Assembly: GCA_021604805.1 (NCBI GenBank)
Contig: BQJR01000002.1
Location: 268,665 to 332,664, forward strand
DNA: 64,000 bases
Direction of reading: 5' to 3'
Origin: Planctomycetota bacterium
GTDB lineage: Bacteria; Planctomycetota; B15-G4
Both the position numbers and the translations under genes were made by a program. Each line of letters begins with the position of its first letter. Within the stretch, counting starts at the first letter, position 1. Below the pieces are notes generated by a model, which saw only the letters and a program-made list of their open reading frames with translations, ran no database searches and had not been told where the DNA came from. Below, piece after piece: positions 10,130 to 19,748 of this stretch.

Positions 10130-10549
10130 ATGCATCCGCTCAAACGCCTGCCGCTGCTCTTGCTCGTCCCGCACCTGTTGGTGCTGGGCATGGTCACGGG
10201 CGCGTGTTTCTGCCTGGAGAGCGACGGCGAAACGCACCTGCGCGCGCTCGCCGAGACCTGCTGCGCGAGCAACGCGGCAGTGAGTGCGAGCAGATCCGGC
10301 GGCATGTCGGCCGAGAATCAGGGCGACGATTGCGGCTCCTGCCGTGACATCACGCTCGCCGCCGACCTGGGCACGTCGTGGTCACCCGAGCGCTGGGAAT
10401 CGCTCGGCGAGTTGCTCGGCGGCTTCGGCGCGTCGGAGTTGATCGTCGCACCCGCGCTCGCATCGGCGCCGAGCCGACGCGTGAAGCTCGTGCTCGACGC
10501 GGCGCCGTCGGTCGCAACGCTGCTGCGCGGCGTGGTGATGACCTGTTGA
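10130..10549 (+). CDS. small Cys-rich exported protein upstream of the metal-efflux genes
   Basis: GAGG lies 5 nt upstream of ATG 10130. N-terminal hydrophobic segment, then CFC, CC, CGSC and a C-terminal C (about 8 Cys in 139 aa). Confidence 0.5.
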   Translation: MHPLKRLPLLLLVPHLLVLGMVTGACFCLESDGETHLRALAETCCASNAAVSASRSGGMSAENQGDDCGSCRDITLAADLGTSWSPERWESLGELLGGFGASELIVAPALASAPSRRVKLVLDAAPSVATLLRGVVMTC

Positions 10550-10653
10550 GCGCCTGACCTGAGCTCGTCGTCACGGGAGTCTCCCGTCACGACCAGTCCT
10601 GTGTCCGAGCGTCCGATCTGCGGGCGCTCCGCTTCGACTCCCAGGTCACACCC

Positions 10654-12144
10654 ATGTCTCGATGCACTCACGGCGCGCGACGCGCCGGAGCTGCGGCGCG
10701 CCGCTCGCCGCCGCGCTCGGTTCACGTCGCTCTCACCCTCACGTTGAGCGTTTGGCTCGGTGCGTGTTCGAACACGTCCTCAGGTCGAGATGTCGACGCG
10801 ACACAGCAGCGCGTTCACGACAGCTCTGCCTTGCTCGCCGCGCTCGAGGCGTCGCGTCCAGCGCAAGGCACGACAGCCGATCCGGCTGCCGCGCTCATGC
10901 AAGCCAGCGAGCTCGACCTGGCCACGCTGTTGCGCGCCGCCGAAGACCTCAACCCCGCCATCGCTGCGGCGCACGAAGAGTTCGGCGCCGCTGGCGGACG
11001 CAGCCTGCAAGCCGGCCTGCTCCCCAACCCCACGCTGCGCCTCGAAGTCGAAGAGCTGCCCGAGAACGACTTCGCGCTGGAACGCAGCAAACACACGCTC
11101 GGCTTCCGGCAGCCGCTGATCCTGGGCGGCCGACTGGGCGCCGAGAAAAACGCCGCGGAAGCCGACGAACACGTGCGCCTGCTGCGCCTGGAAGTCGTGC
11201 GTCGCGCGGTCTTCGCCGACGTACGCGCGGCCTACGCCGAGGCGCTCGCCCTGCGCGCCTCGGTGCTCACGCACGAGGAGCTGCTCGCCATCGCGCAGCG
11301 CACCTTCGACGTGGCGCGCACTCGTTTCGACGCGCGTGCCGTGCCCGAGTCGGAGGTCATCCGTGCGGAACTCGAGGTCCACGAGTTGCAACTCGGCGCG
11401 CGCACGCTCAGCCGTGAAGCCGACGCACTGATCGCGAGACTGCGCGCCTTGCTGGGCGGCGTCGAGCTGCGCATGGAGCAGTTCGCCCGCGCACCGGACC
11501 CCACCCTGCGGTCCTTCGACGACGCGCGCTTCACGCGCAACGCACTCGACGAGAACCCCGAGCTGCTCGCCGCACGCGCGGAAGTCGACACCGCCGACCG
11601 TCGCCTCGACGCCGCCGAAGCACGCAGCACACCCGACATGACGTTCGGCCTCGCTTACGGGCACGACCGCAACGACCGCGGCATCATCGAGGCCGGCTTG
11701 AGCTTCGCGCTGCCCGTGTTCGATCGCAACCAAGGTCGCATCCGCGAGGCGCGTCACCTCGCAGCGCGCGCACGTCGCGACGCCGAAGCGGTGCGCGGGC
11801 GCTTGGAGGCCGAGCTCGCCGGCGCGCTCGCCGCGCATGCCGCCGCGCGTGACCGCGTCGACACTTTTCGTGAGCGCATCGTGCCTGCCTCCGAGCGCGC
11901 GCTCGGCCAGTTGCGCGCGAGCTACGCGGCAGGACGCACCGACATGCTCGACCTACTCGACGCGCAACGCTCCAACGCCCGCGCGCGCCTCTCACTGATC
12001 CGCGGCCTGCGCGAGGCAGGCGCCGCCGAGGCGCAACTCTGGCGACTCGTCGGTCTCGGCACACGCTCAGCGCAGGCCGCCGGTGCCTTCACGCCGCCGA
12101 CTGCCACCTCCCCGCAAGCCACGTCTTCAGGATCGAAGCGATGA
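10654..12144 (+). CDS. TolC-family outer-membrane efflux protein (CzcC-like)
   Basis: Two-repeat OEP architecture with coiled-coil regions. Lipobox LSVWLGAC. The start could instead be the GTG near 10720. ATGA overlap with the MFP gene. Confidence 0.85.
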   Translation: MSRCTHGARRAGAAARRSPPRSVHVALTLTLSVWLGACSNTSSGRDVDATQQRVHDSSALLAALEASRPAQGTTADPAAALMQASELDLATLLRAAEDLNPAIAAAHEEFGAAGGRSLQAGLLPNPTLRLEVEELPENDFALERSKHTLGFRQPLILGGRLGAEKNAAEADEHVRLLRLEVVRRAVFADVRAAYAEALALRASVLTHEELLAIAQRTFDVARTRFDARAVPESEVIRAELEVHELQLGARTLSREADALIARLRALLGGVELRMEQFARAPDPTLRSFDDARFTRNALDENPELLAARAEVDTADRRLDAAEARSTPDMTFGLAYGHDRNDRGIIEAGLSFALPVFDRNQGRIREARHLAARARRDAEAVRGRLEAELAGALAAHAAARDRVDTFRERIVPASERALGQLRASYAAGRTDMLDLLDAQRSNARARLSLIRGLREAGAAEAQLWRLVGLGTRSAQAAGAFTPPTATSPQATSSGSKR

Positions 12145-13658
12145 AGATCTCTCACGTTCTCCTCGGGCTGTTGTTGCTCGGCGGCGCCACCTTCTTCGTG
12201 GCGAAGCAGCGCGGTTGGCTCGACCGTGCCGCGCCCACAGCCTCCGCACTCTGTCGCCACGAACTCGAGACCGCGCGCTGCCCTTTCTGCACGCCGAGCC
12301 GCGTCGAAGCGCTCGGTGAGTGTGGTGAACACGGCGTGCCCGAAGCCTTCTGCACGCGCTGCAACGCCGCGCTGATCCCGGCTTTCGAGATCGAAGGCGA
12401 CTGGTGCGGCGAGCACGCGCTGCCCGAGTCGCAATGCCTGATCTGCAACCCGGAGCTGGCCGACACGAGCGGCTTCGACGCACGCTTGCCGGTGGACCCG
12501 AGCGAGGTGCAAGTCGTGTCGGACCCCGACTTACCGCGCCGCCTGCGCACGCCCGCCGTGACGTGTGACACGAGCGCGTTGCAGGTGCGCTTCAACTCGC
12601 CGCGGATCGCCGCCGACATCGGGCTCGAGTTCGCGCGCGTGACGCGCCGCGAAGTCAGCGAGACCGTGAACTGCAACGCCGAGTTCGCGTTCGACGGCAA
12701 CCGTTTCGCGCAGCTCGCCTCGCGCGCGCCAGGTGTGGTGCGCGAAGTGGCCGTCGACCTCGGCGCACAGGTGGAGGCCGGCGCGCTGTTGGCCGTCGTC
12801 GACTCACCGGAACTCGGCAGCGCCAAGGCCGAGTTCCTGCAAGCGCAGGCGCTCGTGAGCTTGTGGGAGCGCAATCACGAACGCGAACAAGCGCTGCTCG
12901 TGCAGGGCGCGGGCACCGAGCGCGAGAGCCTGGAGGCCGAGACCTCGCTCGCCGAGAGCCGCATCCAACGCGCGCGCGCGGAACAGAACCTGCGCACACT
13001 CGGCCTCGACGACGCCGCCGTGGCGCAAGTGATCGCGAGCGACGACAGCTCGAGCCTGCTGCGTCTCACGGCGCCCTTCGCGGGCGAGGTCGTGACGCGG
13101 CAAGCCGTGGCCGGCGAAGTCGTCGAGCGCGGCACGCCCCTGTTCAGCGTGGCCGACACCTCGCGCATGTGGGCGCTGCTCGAGGTCTTCGACAGAGACC
13201 TCGCGCGCGTGCGGCCGGGTCAGCAAGTGCTGTTCGACGTGGCCGGCCTGCCCGGCGATCGCCGAGGCGGCACGCTCACGTGGGTGGCGTCGCAACTCGA
13301 CCGCCACACGCGCACGCTCGCCGCACGCGCCGAGCTCCCCAACCCGCACGGTGTGTTGCGCGCGGGCATGTTCGCCGAGGCCCAGGTGTCGGTGCTCGAT
13401 CACGAACAAGCGCTGGTCGTGCCGAAGGACGCCGTGCAGTGGGAAGGCTGCTGCAACGTGGTCTTCGTGCGTCACAGTGATGTGCTCTTCGAACCGCGCA
13501 AAGTCTTGCTGGGCGCAGAGACGGAGCGTCACTTCGTGGTACGCGAAGGCCTCGATGGCGACGAAAGCGTGGTGACCACGGGCGCCTTCCTGCTCAAGAC
13601 CGAGCTTCTCAAGGGCAGCATCGGCGCCGGCTGCTGCGAAGTGGAGCCCGGGAACTGA
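12141..13658 (+). CDS. efflux RND periplasmic adaptor (membrane fusion protein, CzcB-like) with an N-terminal Cys-rich extension
   Basis: Conserved MFP lipoyl/beta-barrel motifs (AEFAFDGNRFAQLASRAPGVVREV, ALLAVVDSPELGSAKAEF). The N-terminal Cys-rich extension is described in the finding at 12252-12452. Confidence 0.88.
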   Translation: MKISHVLLGLLLLGGATFFVAKQRGWLDRAAPTASALCRHELETARCPFCTPSRVEALGECGEHGVPEAFCTRCNAALIPAFEIEGDWCGEHALPESQCLICNPELADTSGFDARLPVDPSEVQVVSDPDLPRRLRTPAVTCDTSALQVRFNSPRIAADIGLEFARVTRREVSETVNCNAEFAFDGNRFAQLASRAPGVVREVAVDLGAQVEAGALLAVVDSPELGSAKAEFLQAQALVSLWERNHEREQALLVQGAGTERESLEAETSLAESRIQRARAEQNLRTLGLDDAAVAQVIASDDSSSLLRLTAPFAGEVVTRQAVAGEVVERGTPLFSVADTSRMWALLEVFDRDLARVRPGQQVLFDVAGLPGDRRGGTLTWVASQLDRHTRTLAARAELPNPHGVLRAGMFAEAQVSVLDHEQALVVPKDAVQWEGCCNVVFVRHSDVLFEPRKVLLGAETERHFVVREGLDGDESVVTTGAFLLKTELLKGSIGAGCCEVEPGN

Positions 13659-13682
13659 GGCCTCGGCCTCGTCCCTCGAATC

Positions 13683-16600
13683 ATGCTCAATCGCATCATC
13701 ACTTGGTCCCTCGAACACCGCGCGCTGGTGATCGTGTTGTCGCTGCTGCTCGTGATCAGCGGCGCGCTCGCGATGTCGCGGCTGCCCATCGACGCCTTCC
13801 CCGACACCACGCCGGTGCAAGTGCAGGTGAACACGGTGGCGCCGGCGCTCTCACCGCTCGAGATCGAGCAGCAGATCACGTTCCCGGTGGAGCAGGTGAT
13901 CGCCGGCCTGCCCGGCCTCGACGAAGTGCGTTCGATCTCGAAGTTCGGTCTGTCGCAGATCACGGTGATCTTCGAGGAAGGCACCGAGATCTACTTCGCG
14001 CGCCAGCTCGTGATGGAGCGGCTGCACACGGCGGCGCTGCCCGAAGGTGTCGGGCGCCCGGAGTTGGGGCCCGTGGCCACGGGGCTGGGCGAGGTCTACC
14101 ACTACTCGGTCACGGGTGCGGGCAAGTCGCTCGAGGAACTCACCACGCTGCACGACTGGGTGATCAAGCCGCGGCTGCGTTCGGTGCCGGGCGTGGCCGA
14201 GGTCAACACCTGGGGCGGTGAACGCAAGCAGTACCACGTGCTCGTGGACCTCGCGCGTCTGATCAAGTTCGAGTTGAGTCTCGACGACGTGCTCGACGCG
14301 CTGCGCAGCAACAACGTGAACGTGGGCGGCGGCAGCATCAGCCAGGGCGGCGAGCTGCACCTCGTGCAAGGCCTCGGACTCACGACCAACGAGCGCGAGA
14401 TCGCCGACATCGTGATTCTCGCGCATCACGGCGTGCCCGTGCGTATCCGCGACGTGGCCACGGTGGAGATCGGCCACGAGATCCGTCGCGGCGCGGCAAC
14501 GGCTGGCGGGCAAGGCGAGATCGTGCTCGGCCTCGCTTTCATGCTCATGGGTGAGAACAGTCACGCCGTCACCCGCCAGCTCGACGAACGCATGAACGCG
14601 ATCCGCGCCGACCTACCCGAGGGCGTGGAAGTTCGCACGCTCTACCAGCGCACCGAGCTCGTGGATCAAGTGATCGAGACGGTGAAGCAGAACCTCTTCG
14701 AAGGCGCGCTCTTCGTGATCGCAGTGCTGTTCCTGTTCCTCGGGAACCTGCGCGCGGGCCTGATCGTGGCGGCGGCGATCCCGCTCTCGATGCTCTTCGC
14801 CTTCAACGGCATGTTGCGCTTCGGCATCGCGGGCAGCCTGCTCTCACTCGGCGCCATCGACTTCGGGCTGATCGTCGACAGCTCGGTGATCATGGTGGAG
14901 AACAGTGTGCGTCGCGTGGCGGAGGAGCGTGGGAAGCGTTCGCTGCTCGAGATCGTGCGTGACGCCTGCCTCGAAGTGCGTCGCCCCACGATGTTCGGCG
15001 AGCTCATCATCATGGTCGTGTACCTGCCGATCCTCACGCTCGAAGGCGTGGAGGGGCGACTCTTCCGGCCCATGGTATGGACCGTGATCTTTGCGCTGGC
15101 CGGTTCGCTGATCTTCTCGCTCACGCTCATGCCGGTGCTCGCGAGCCTGCTGTTGCCGCGCAAGGTGTCGGAGCGCGAGAACCCGCTGTTGCGTTTCGCG
15201 CGCTTCCTCTACGCGCCCGTGGTGCGCGCGGCGATTCGCGCCCGAGGCCTGTTCATCGCGGGTGCGGTGGCGCTGCTGTTGGTCGGCGTGGGGCTCGCCG
15301 GCGGACTCGGCGCAGAGTTCATCCCGCGCCTCTCGGAGATGGGCATCACGGTGAACACCGTGCGCCTGGCGGGCGTGTCGCTCGACGAATCCGTGCGCTA
15401 CGGCACGCAGCTCGAGAAGCTCGTGCTCGAACGTTTCCCCGATGAAGTCCGCGACGTGTGGGTGCGCACGGGCACCGCCGAAGTCGCCACGGATCCGATG
15501 GGTCTCGAACTCAGCGACACCTACATCACGCTGCGTCCGCGTAGCGAATGGACCCGCGCCGACACGCAACCCGAACTCGAAGAGCTGTTGCGCGCAGAGT
15601 TCGACGGCCTGCCCGGCATGCGCGCGATCTTCACTCAACCGATCGAGATGCGCGTGAACGAGATGGTGGCCGGCATCCGCACCGACCTCGGCGTGAAGAT
15701 CTTCGGCGACGACCTCGACGTGCTGCGCGAACAAGCCGCCGCCGTGCAAGCCGTGCTCGAGCGCATCGAAGGCGCCGCCGACGTGTACGCCGAGCAGATC
15801 ACCGGCCAACCCGTGCTCGAGATCGAGATCGACCAAGCCGCCATCGCGCGCTACGGCGTGCCCGCGCGGCACGTGCTGAACGTGGTCGAGGCCGTGGGCG
15901 CCAAGGTGGTCGGGGAGGTGCGCGAAGGGCAGCGCCGCTTCGCGCTGGCCGTGCGCTTAGCCGAGCGCCATCGTCGCGACCCGTCGGCGCTGCGCGAGAT
16001 CCTCGTGCCGACCGCGAGCGGCGAACGCATCCCGCTGGAGCGCGTCGCCTCGATCCGCCATGTGGAAGGTCCGTCGACGATCACCCGCGAATGGCAGAGT
16101 CGACGCATCGTGGTGCAGTGCAACGTGCAAGGCCGCGACGTGGGCGGCTTCGTGGAGGAGGCGCAGCGTCGCATCGCCAGCGAGATCGACCTGCCGCCGG
16201 GATACCACGTGGCGTTCGGCGGCCAGTTCGAGCACCTGGAGCGCGCGCAACAACGCCTCCTGTTGGTGGTGCCGCTTGCGATCGGTTTGATCCTGTTCCT
16301 GTTGCACCTGAGCACCGGCTCGTGGCGCGACACGCTGCTGATCTTCAGCGGCGCCCCTTTCGCAGCGCTCGGCGGCGTGATCGCCTTGTGGTGGCGCGAC
16401 ATGCCGTTCACCATCGCGGCGGGCGTGGGTTTCGTGGCCGTGTCGGGCGTGGCGATGCTCAACGGTTTGGTGCTCGCGTCCACGTTGCGCCAGTTGCTCG
16501 GCGAAGGTGCGCCGCTGCACGACGCCATCGAGCGCAGCGCTTTGCTACGCCTGCGTCCCGTGCTGATGACGGCGCTCGTGGCCGGCCTGGGCTTCGTGCC

Positions 16601-16745
16601 CATGGCGCTCAACACCGGCGTGGGCGCCGAGGTGCAACGCCCGCTCGCCACGGTGGTCGTGGGCGGCGTGGTCAGCGACGCGCTGCTCACGCTGCTCGTG
16701 TTGCCCGCGCTCTTCGCCGCCTTCGGTCAGCGCCGCGGCGGGTGA
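13683..16745 (+). CDS. heavy-metal efflux RND permease (CzcA/CusA family)
   Basis: 1020 aa. N-terminus MLNRIITWSLEHRALVIVLSLLLVISGALAMSRLPIDAFPDTTPVQVQV is characteristic of the HME-RND family. 12-TM layout with two large periplasmic loops. Confidence 0.93.
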   Translation: MLNRIITWSLEHRALVIVLSLLLVISGALAMSRLPIDAFPDTTPVQVQVNTVAPALSPLEIEQQITFPVEQVIAGLPGLDEVRSISKFGLSQITVIFEEGTEIYFARQLVMERLHTAALPEGVGRPELGPVATGLGEVYHYSVTGAGKSLEELTTLHDWVIKPRLRSVPGVAEVNTWGGERKQYHVLVDLARLIKFELSLDDVLDALRSNNVNVGGGSISQGGELHLVQGLGLTTNEREIADIVILAHHGVPVRIRDVATVEIGHEIRRGAATAGGQGEIVLGLAFMLMGENSHAVTRQLDERMNAIRADLPEGVEVRTLYQRTELVDQVIETVKQNLFEGALFVIAVLFLFLGNLRAGLIVAAAIPLSMLFAFNGMLRFGIAGSLLSLGAIDFGLIVDSSVIMVENSVRRVAEERGKRSLLEIVRDACLEVRRPTMFGELIIMVVYLPILTLEGVEGRLFRPMVWTVIFALAGSLIFSLTLMPVLASLLLPRKVSERENPLLRFARFLYAPVVRAAIRARGLFIAGAVALLLVGVGLAGGLGAEFIPRLSEMGITVNTVRLAGVSLDESVRYGTQLEKLVLERFPDEVRDVWVRTGTAEVATDPMGLELSDTYITLRPRSEWTRADTQPELEELLRAEFDGLPGMRAIFTQPIEMRVNEMVAGIRTDLGVKIFGDDLDVLREQAAAVQAVLERIEGAADVYAEQITGQPVLEIEIDQAAIARYGVPARHVLNVVEAVGAKVVGEVREGQRRFALAVRLAERHRRDPSALREILVPTASGERIPLERVASIRHVEGPSTITREWQSRRIVVQCNVQGRDVGGFVEEAQRRIASEIDLPPGYHVAFGGQFEHLERAQQRLLLVVPLAIGLILFLLHLSTGSWRDTLLIFSGAPFAALGGVIALWWRDMPFTIAAGVGFVAVSGVAMLNGLVLASTLRQLLGEGAPLHDAIERSALLRLRPVLMTALVAGLGFVPMALNTGVGAEVQRPLATVVVGGVVSDALLTLLVLPALFAAFGQRRGG

Positions 16746-16794
16746 TGGACTCGATCTCGCCTCACGTCGAGCGACCCGCGCGGGCCCAAGCACG

Positions 16795-17262
16795 TCACCC
16801 TGCGTTGATCCGCGTTTGGCCCGCGTCGGCATCCGGCGGTGTGGGCGCCGCGCCGCGCACGAGCGCCACGAGCACCACGCCGACGACACCGGCCAACCCG
16901 AACAGCGCGCCGCTGTAGCCCGCGACGGAGAGGGGGTACATCAGGAAGGCGATCGGGTTCTGGAAAAGCGGGAAGACGGGCGCGTTCGGGAACAACGCCA
17001 GCGGCCCGAGCCCCCACACCACGAGCAGCGTGAGCGCGGGGATCACCACGCGCTGCGCGATCTGCCGACAGTCGGCGAGGAACACGCGCCACAGCAACCA
17101 CGTGACCAGCGGCATCAGCAGCGTGAACAGCTCGATCGGCGGGCGTCCGTCGTCGCCCGTGAACGCGGCTTTCGCCAGCAGCGCCGGTAACCAGATCAAC
17201 ACGCTGCCCGCGAGCGAGGGCAACACGAATCCGGCGGAGCGTGGCAGCGGGTAGGCCTTCAT
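16795..17262 (-). CDS. hypothetical polytopic membrane protein
   Basis: 155-aa hydrophobic ORF (4-5 TM helices). Convergent with the RND pump gene. Confidence 0.5.
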   Translation of the reverse strand: MKAYPLPRSAGFVLPSLAGSVLIWLPALLAKAAFTGDDGRPPIELFTLLMPLVTWLLWRVFLADCRQIAQRVVIPALTLLVVWGLGPLALFPNAPVFPLFQNPIAFLMYPLSVAGYSGALFGLAGVVGVVLVALVRGAAPTPPDADAGQTRINAG

Positions 17263-17437
17263 CGCGCGATCTCCCGAGGCGGGGCTCGCCAGTGTCGCAC
17301 ACGATCGCTGGGCGTGCCGTCACGCAACGCAGGATCACTCGCGGCACCGTCGGACACGCCCCCTCATGGAGCCTGTAGAGTGGTTTTGCGCGCGCCTGCA
17401 TCGCGACGCCGCCTCCGCTCCGCTGAGACCCCGCGCC

Positions 17438-18796
17438 ATGACCTCACGCCGCTTCGCCCGCCGCTCGACCTTTGCGCTGTTCGTCGCCCTACTGCTCCTT
17501 GCCACGCCGGCGTCGGCCGAGATCTTCCTCACGAGTCGCGGCAACAACGCGATCCTCGTGTTCGCCGACAACGCCACGGGCAACGCGGCACCGCTGCGCA
17601 AGATCCAGGGCAACCTCACGCAGATCACGCAGTCGAACAGTCTCAACGGCATCGCGGTCGACGCGCTGCACGGTGAGATCGTGGTGTCCGTCGCGAACGC
17701 CAAGATCCTCGTGTTCGACATCGACGCCGACGGCAACGTGCCGCCGCTGCGCGTGATCAGCGGCGCGTCCACGGGGCTCGGCTTCACGGCGGGCGTGGCC
17801 GTCGACCCGTACTACAACGAGATCTGGGCCGCGAACCCGAGCGCCAACGCGCTGCACGTGTTCGCGCGCACGGCGAACGGCGACGTGGCGCCGTTGCGCA
17901 CGATCCAGGGCGGCGCCACGAACATCGCGCAACCCACGGGCGTGTTCGTCGACCTCGACGCGGACGAGGTGTACCTCACGAACGAGGCCAGCAGCGCGGC
18001 GGGCGTGAACGTGTTCGCGCGCACCGCGAACGGCAACAGCGCGCCACTGCGCAGCATCGTCGGGCCGGCCACGAGCTTCGGCTTCGCCACGGGCATCTTC
18101 CGCGACCCAGCCAGTGGCGACACGCGCGCCGCCGACCTGTTCACCGGTCGCGTGCTGCGCTTTCCCGAGGGCACGAACGGCAACGTGGCGCCGTCGAGCG
18201 AACTCAGCTCCGGCTCGTTGAGCTCGGTGGCCGGCATCACACTCACGCACGCCAAAGAGATGCTCGTGGTCGACCTCTTCCGCGACGGCCTGCGCGGCAT
18301 CCATGTGTCCTTGTCGGGCAGCGTGGTGCCGTCGCGCGATCTGGGCGGCGCCCAAACGCAAATCGACACACCGATCTACGTAGCGACGACCAGCGGCCCG
18401 TTCCCCGGCGCGGTGTTCACCAGCGCGCCCAACGCGTCCTTCTCGTACTCGCTAGCTGGCACGAACCCACTGAGTTACTCGGTGTCGGGCGCACCGCATC
18501 TCGGCACCCCGCTCGGATTCACGCTCGACGTGGGTAGCACCGGAGGCACGAGCGGCATGATCATCGCGTCGTTCGAGGTGGGTCACCTGCCACTCTCCAG
18601 CGGCAACGTGCTGCTCGTGGACTTCCCGCCGATCCGCCTACTGGGTCCGAGGAACGGCGCGCTGCTCGACTTCCAGCTCGCGCTCCCGCTCGACCTCTCG
18701 CTGGCGGGGCTCAAGGTGTTCACGCAAGGCGTGCACTTCTCGAGCGCCCCGGGTTACGTGCTCTCGAACGCGGTGAACCTCGAGCTGGGGCTGTGA
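17438..18796 (+). CDS. secreted beta-propeller repeat protein
   Basis: Signal peptide MTSRRFARRSTFALFVALLLLATPASA. At least 4 tandem roughly 45-aa repeats (VF A(R/D)xAxGNxAPLRxIxG...TG(V/I)xVD). Confidence 0.7.
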   Translation: MTSRRFARRSTFALFVALLLLATPASAEIFLTSRGNNAILVFADNATGNAAPLRKIQGNLTQITQSNSLNGIAVDALHGEIVVSVANAKILVFDIDADGNVPPLRVISGASTGLGFTAGVAVDPYYNEIWAANPSANALHVFARTANGDVAPLRTIQGGATNIAQPTGVFVDLDADEVYLTNEASSAAGVNVFARTANGNSAPLRSIVGPATSFGFATGIFRDPASGDTRAADLFTGRVLRFPEGTNGNVAPSSELSSGSLSSVAGITLTHAKEMLVVDLFRDGLRGIHVSLSGSVVPSRDLGGAQTQIDTPIYVATTSGPFPGAVFTSAPNASFSYSLAGTNPLSYSVSGAPHLGTPLGFTLDVGSTGGTSGMIIASFEVGHLPLSSGNVLLVDFPPIRLLGPRNGALLDFQLALPLDLSLAGLKVFTQGVHFSSAPGYVLSNAVNLELGL

Positions 18797-18803
18797 CGCC
18801 GGC

Positions 18804-19238
18804 TCAGTCGGCATACCACTCGAGGAAGTGGCCGGGGTCGGCCCAGGCGAGCACCCAGAGCAGCGCGTAGCCCCCGACGAAGACCGCGAGGGCGCTGCCG
18901 CGATGACGCACGCGCAGGCCGTCGCGGCGACGCAGCAGCAAGCACGCAGCAAGCGCGACCGGCGACACGAGCCCGACGAACAGGAACACGCCCGCCAACT
19001 CGTGATGCAGCGTGAAGCCCAGATCGTTCGGATCAGGACGATAGGGCCGCGGCCACTCACCCAGGGCGAGGCGCGCACGCAACACGAAGCTGCTGAACAC
19101 AGCGAGCCCGACCACAGGCATCGCAGCGCAAGCGAGCAAGAACGGATCGGAGCGCACGGACCTGCGGCGTGGCGTGGCGTGCGTCGAGTCGGTTGAGATC
19201 GGATCGCTCGCTGCATGCAACAGGCCGGCGTCATCCAT
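18804..19238 (-). CDS. hypothetical membrane protein
   Basis: 144-aa ORF with 3-4 hydrophobic helices. Confidence 0.5.
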   Translation of the reverse strand: MDDAGLLHAASDPISTDSTHATPRRRSVRSDPFLLACAAMPVVGLAVFSSFVLRARLALGEWPRPYRPDPNDLGFTLHHELAGVFLFVGLVSPVALAACLLLRRRDGLRVRHRGSALAVFVGGYALLWVLAWADPGHFLEWYAD

Positions 19239-19467
19239 CGGAGCTCACTCCCTCGACCTCGCTCGGGACGCTCTCCACGCCTGAGTCGCGCTCGAACTCC
19301 CTGCGGTTTCGACTCTACCAGGGCAGCGAAACCCTTGGGGCAGCTGAACTCCACAGCCCGAGCCGAGCGAGGCCTCCATCACTTGGCCGACACCTCCCGC
19401 GTAGCTCCGGCTGCTCGAGCCGCACCAGTCACTTGTCGACTCACCTGCGGGTTCGACTACGGCGCGG

Positions 19468-19686
19468 GTGAAGTACGGCGACGAAGCGCTGCGGGTCGCG
19501 CAGGAGCTCGCCTTCAGGGACAGTTTCAGCCAGGCCCTCGAGGTCGCACAGAAAAACGCGCAGCGATCGGCACGCGACATCGTTCGGCTGCAAGAACTGT
19601 CGGGGAGCGAACGCTCGCCGCGTGGTGAGAAGGGTGTCGAGCGCCCGCATCGCCTCGCACGGTGCGTGCGTGTCCGGCGGGCTTGA
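19468..19686 (+). CDS. possible small protein (72 aa, GTG start)
   Basis: Diverse residue composition (K/Y/D/E/F/Q/N) unlike the R/A/G/P shadows, and a high GC3. RBS is weak. It sits in a 510-bp intergenic gap. Confidence 0.25.
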   Translation: MKYGDEALRVAQELAFRDSFSQALEVAQKNAQRSARDIVRLQELSGSERSPRGEKGVERPHRLARCVRVRRA

Positions 19687-19729
19687 GTGTCAGCGCGGGC
19701 TTGAGTGTCAGCGCGGGCGTGAGTGCTAG
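19676..19729. repeat. 18-bp tandem direct repeat (cgcgggcttgagtgtcag), 2 perfect copies plus 1 degenerate
   Basis: Read directly from the sequence at 19676-19729, just 3' of the activator gene stop. Confidence 0.5.
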
Positions 19730-19748
19730 GGCGGCGTACGCGCGAGCG

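Noticed and set aside
19430-19470. tRNA-like T-loop resemblance (gggttcgact)
   Set aside because: No acceptor stem, D-arm or anticodon arm can be built around it. It is an isolated similarity inside an intergenic region.
19676-19729. 18-bp tandem repeat as a CRISPR array
   Set aside because: The units are directly adjacent with no spacers. There are only 2 to 3 copies and no cas genes in the window.
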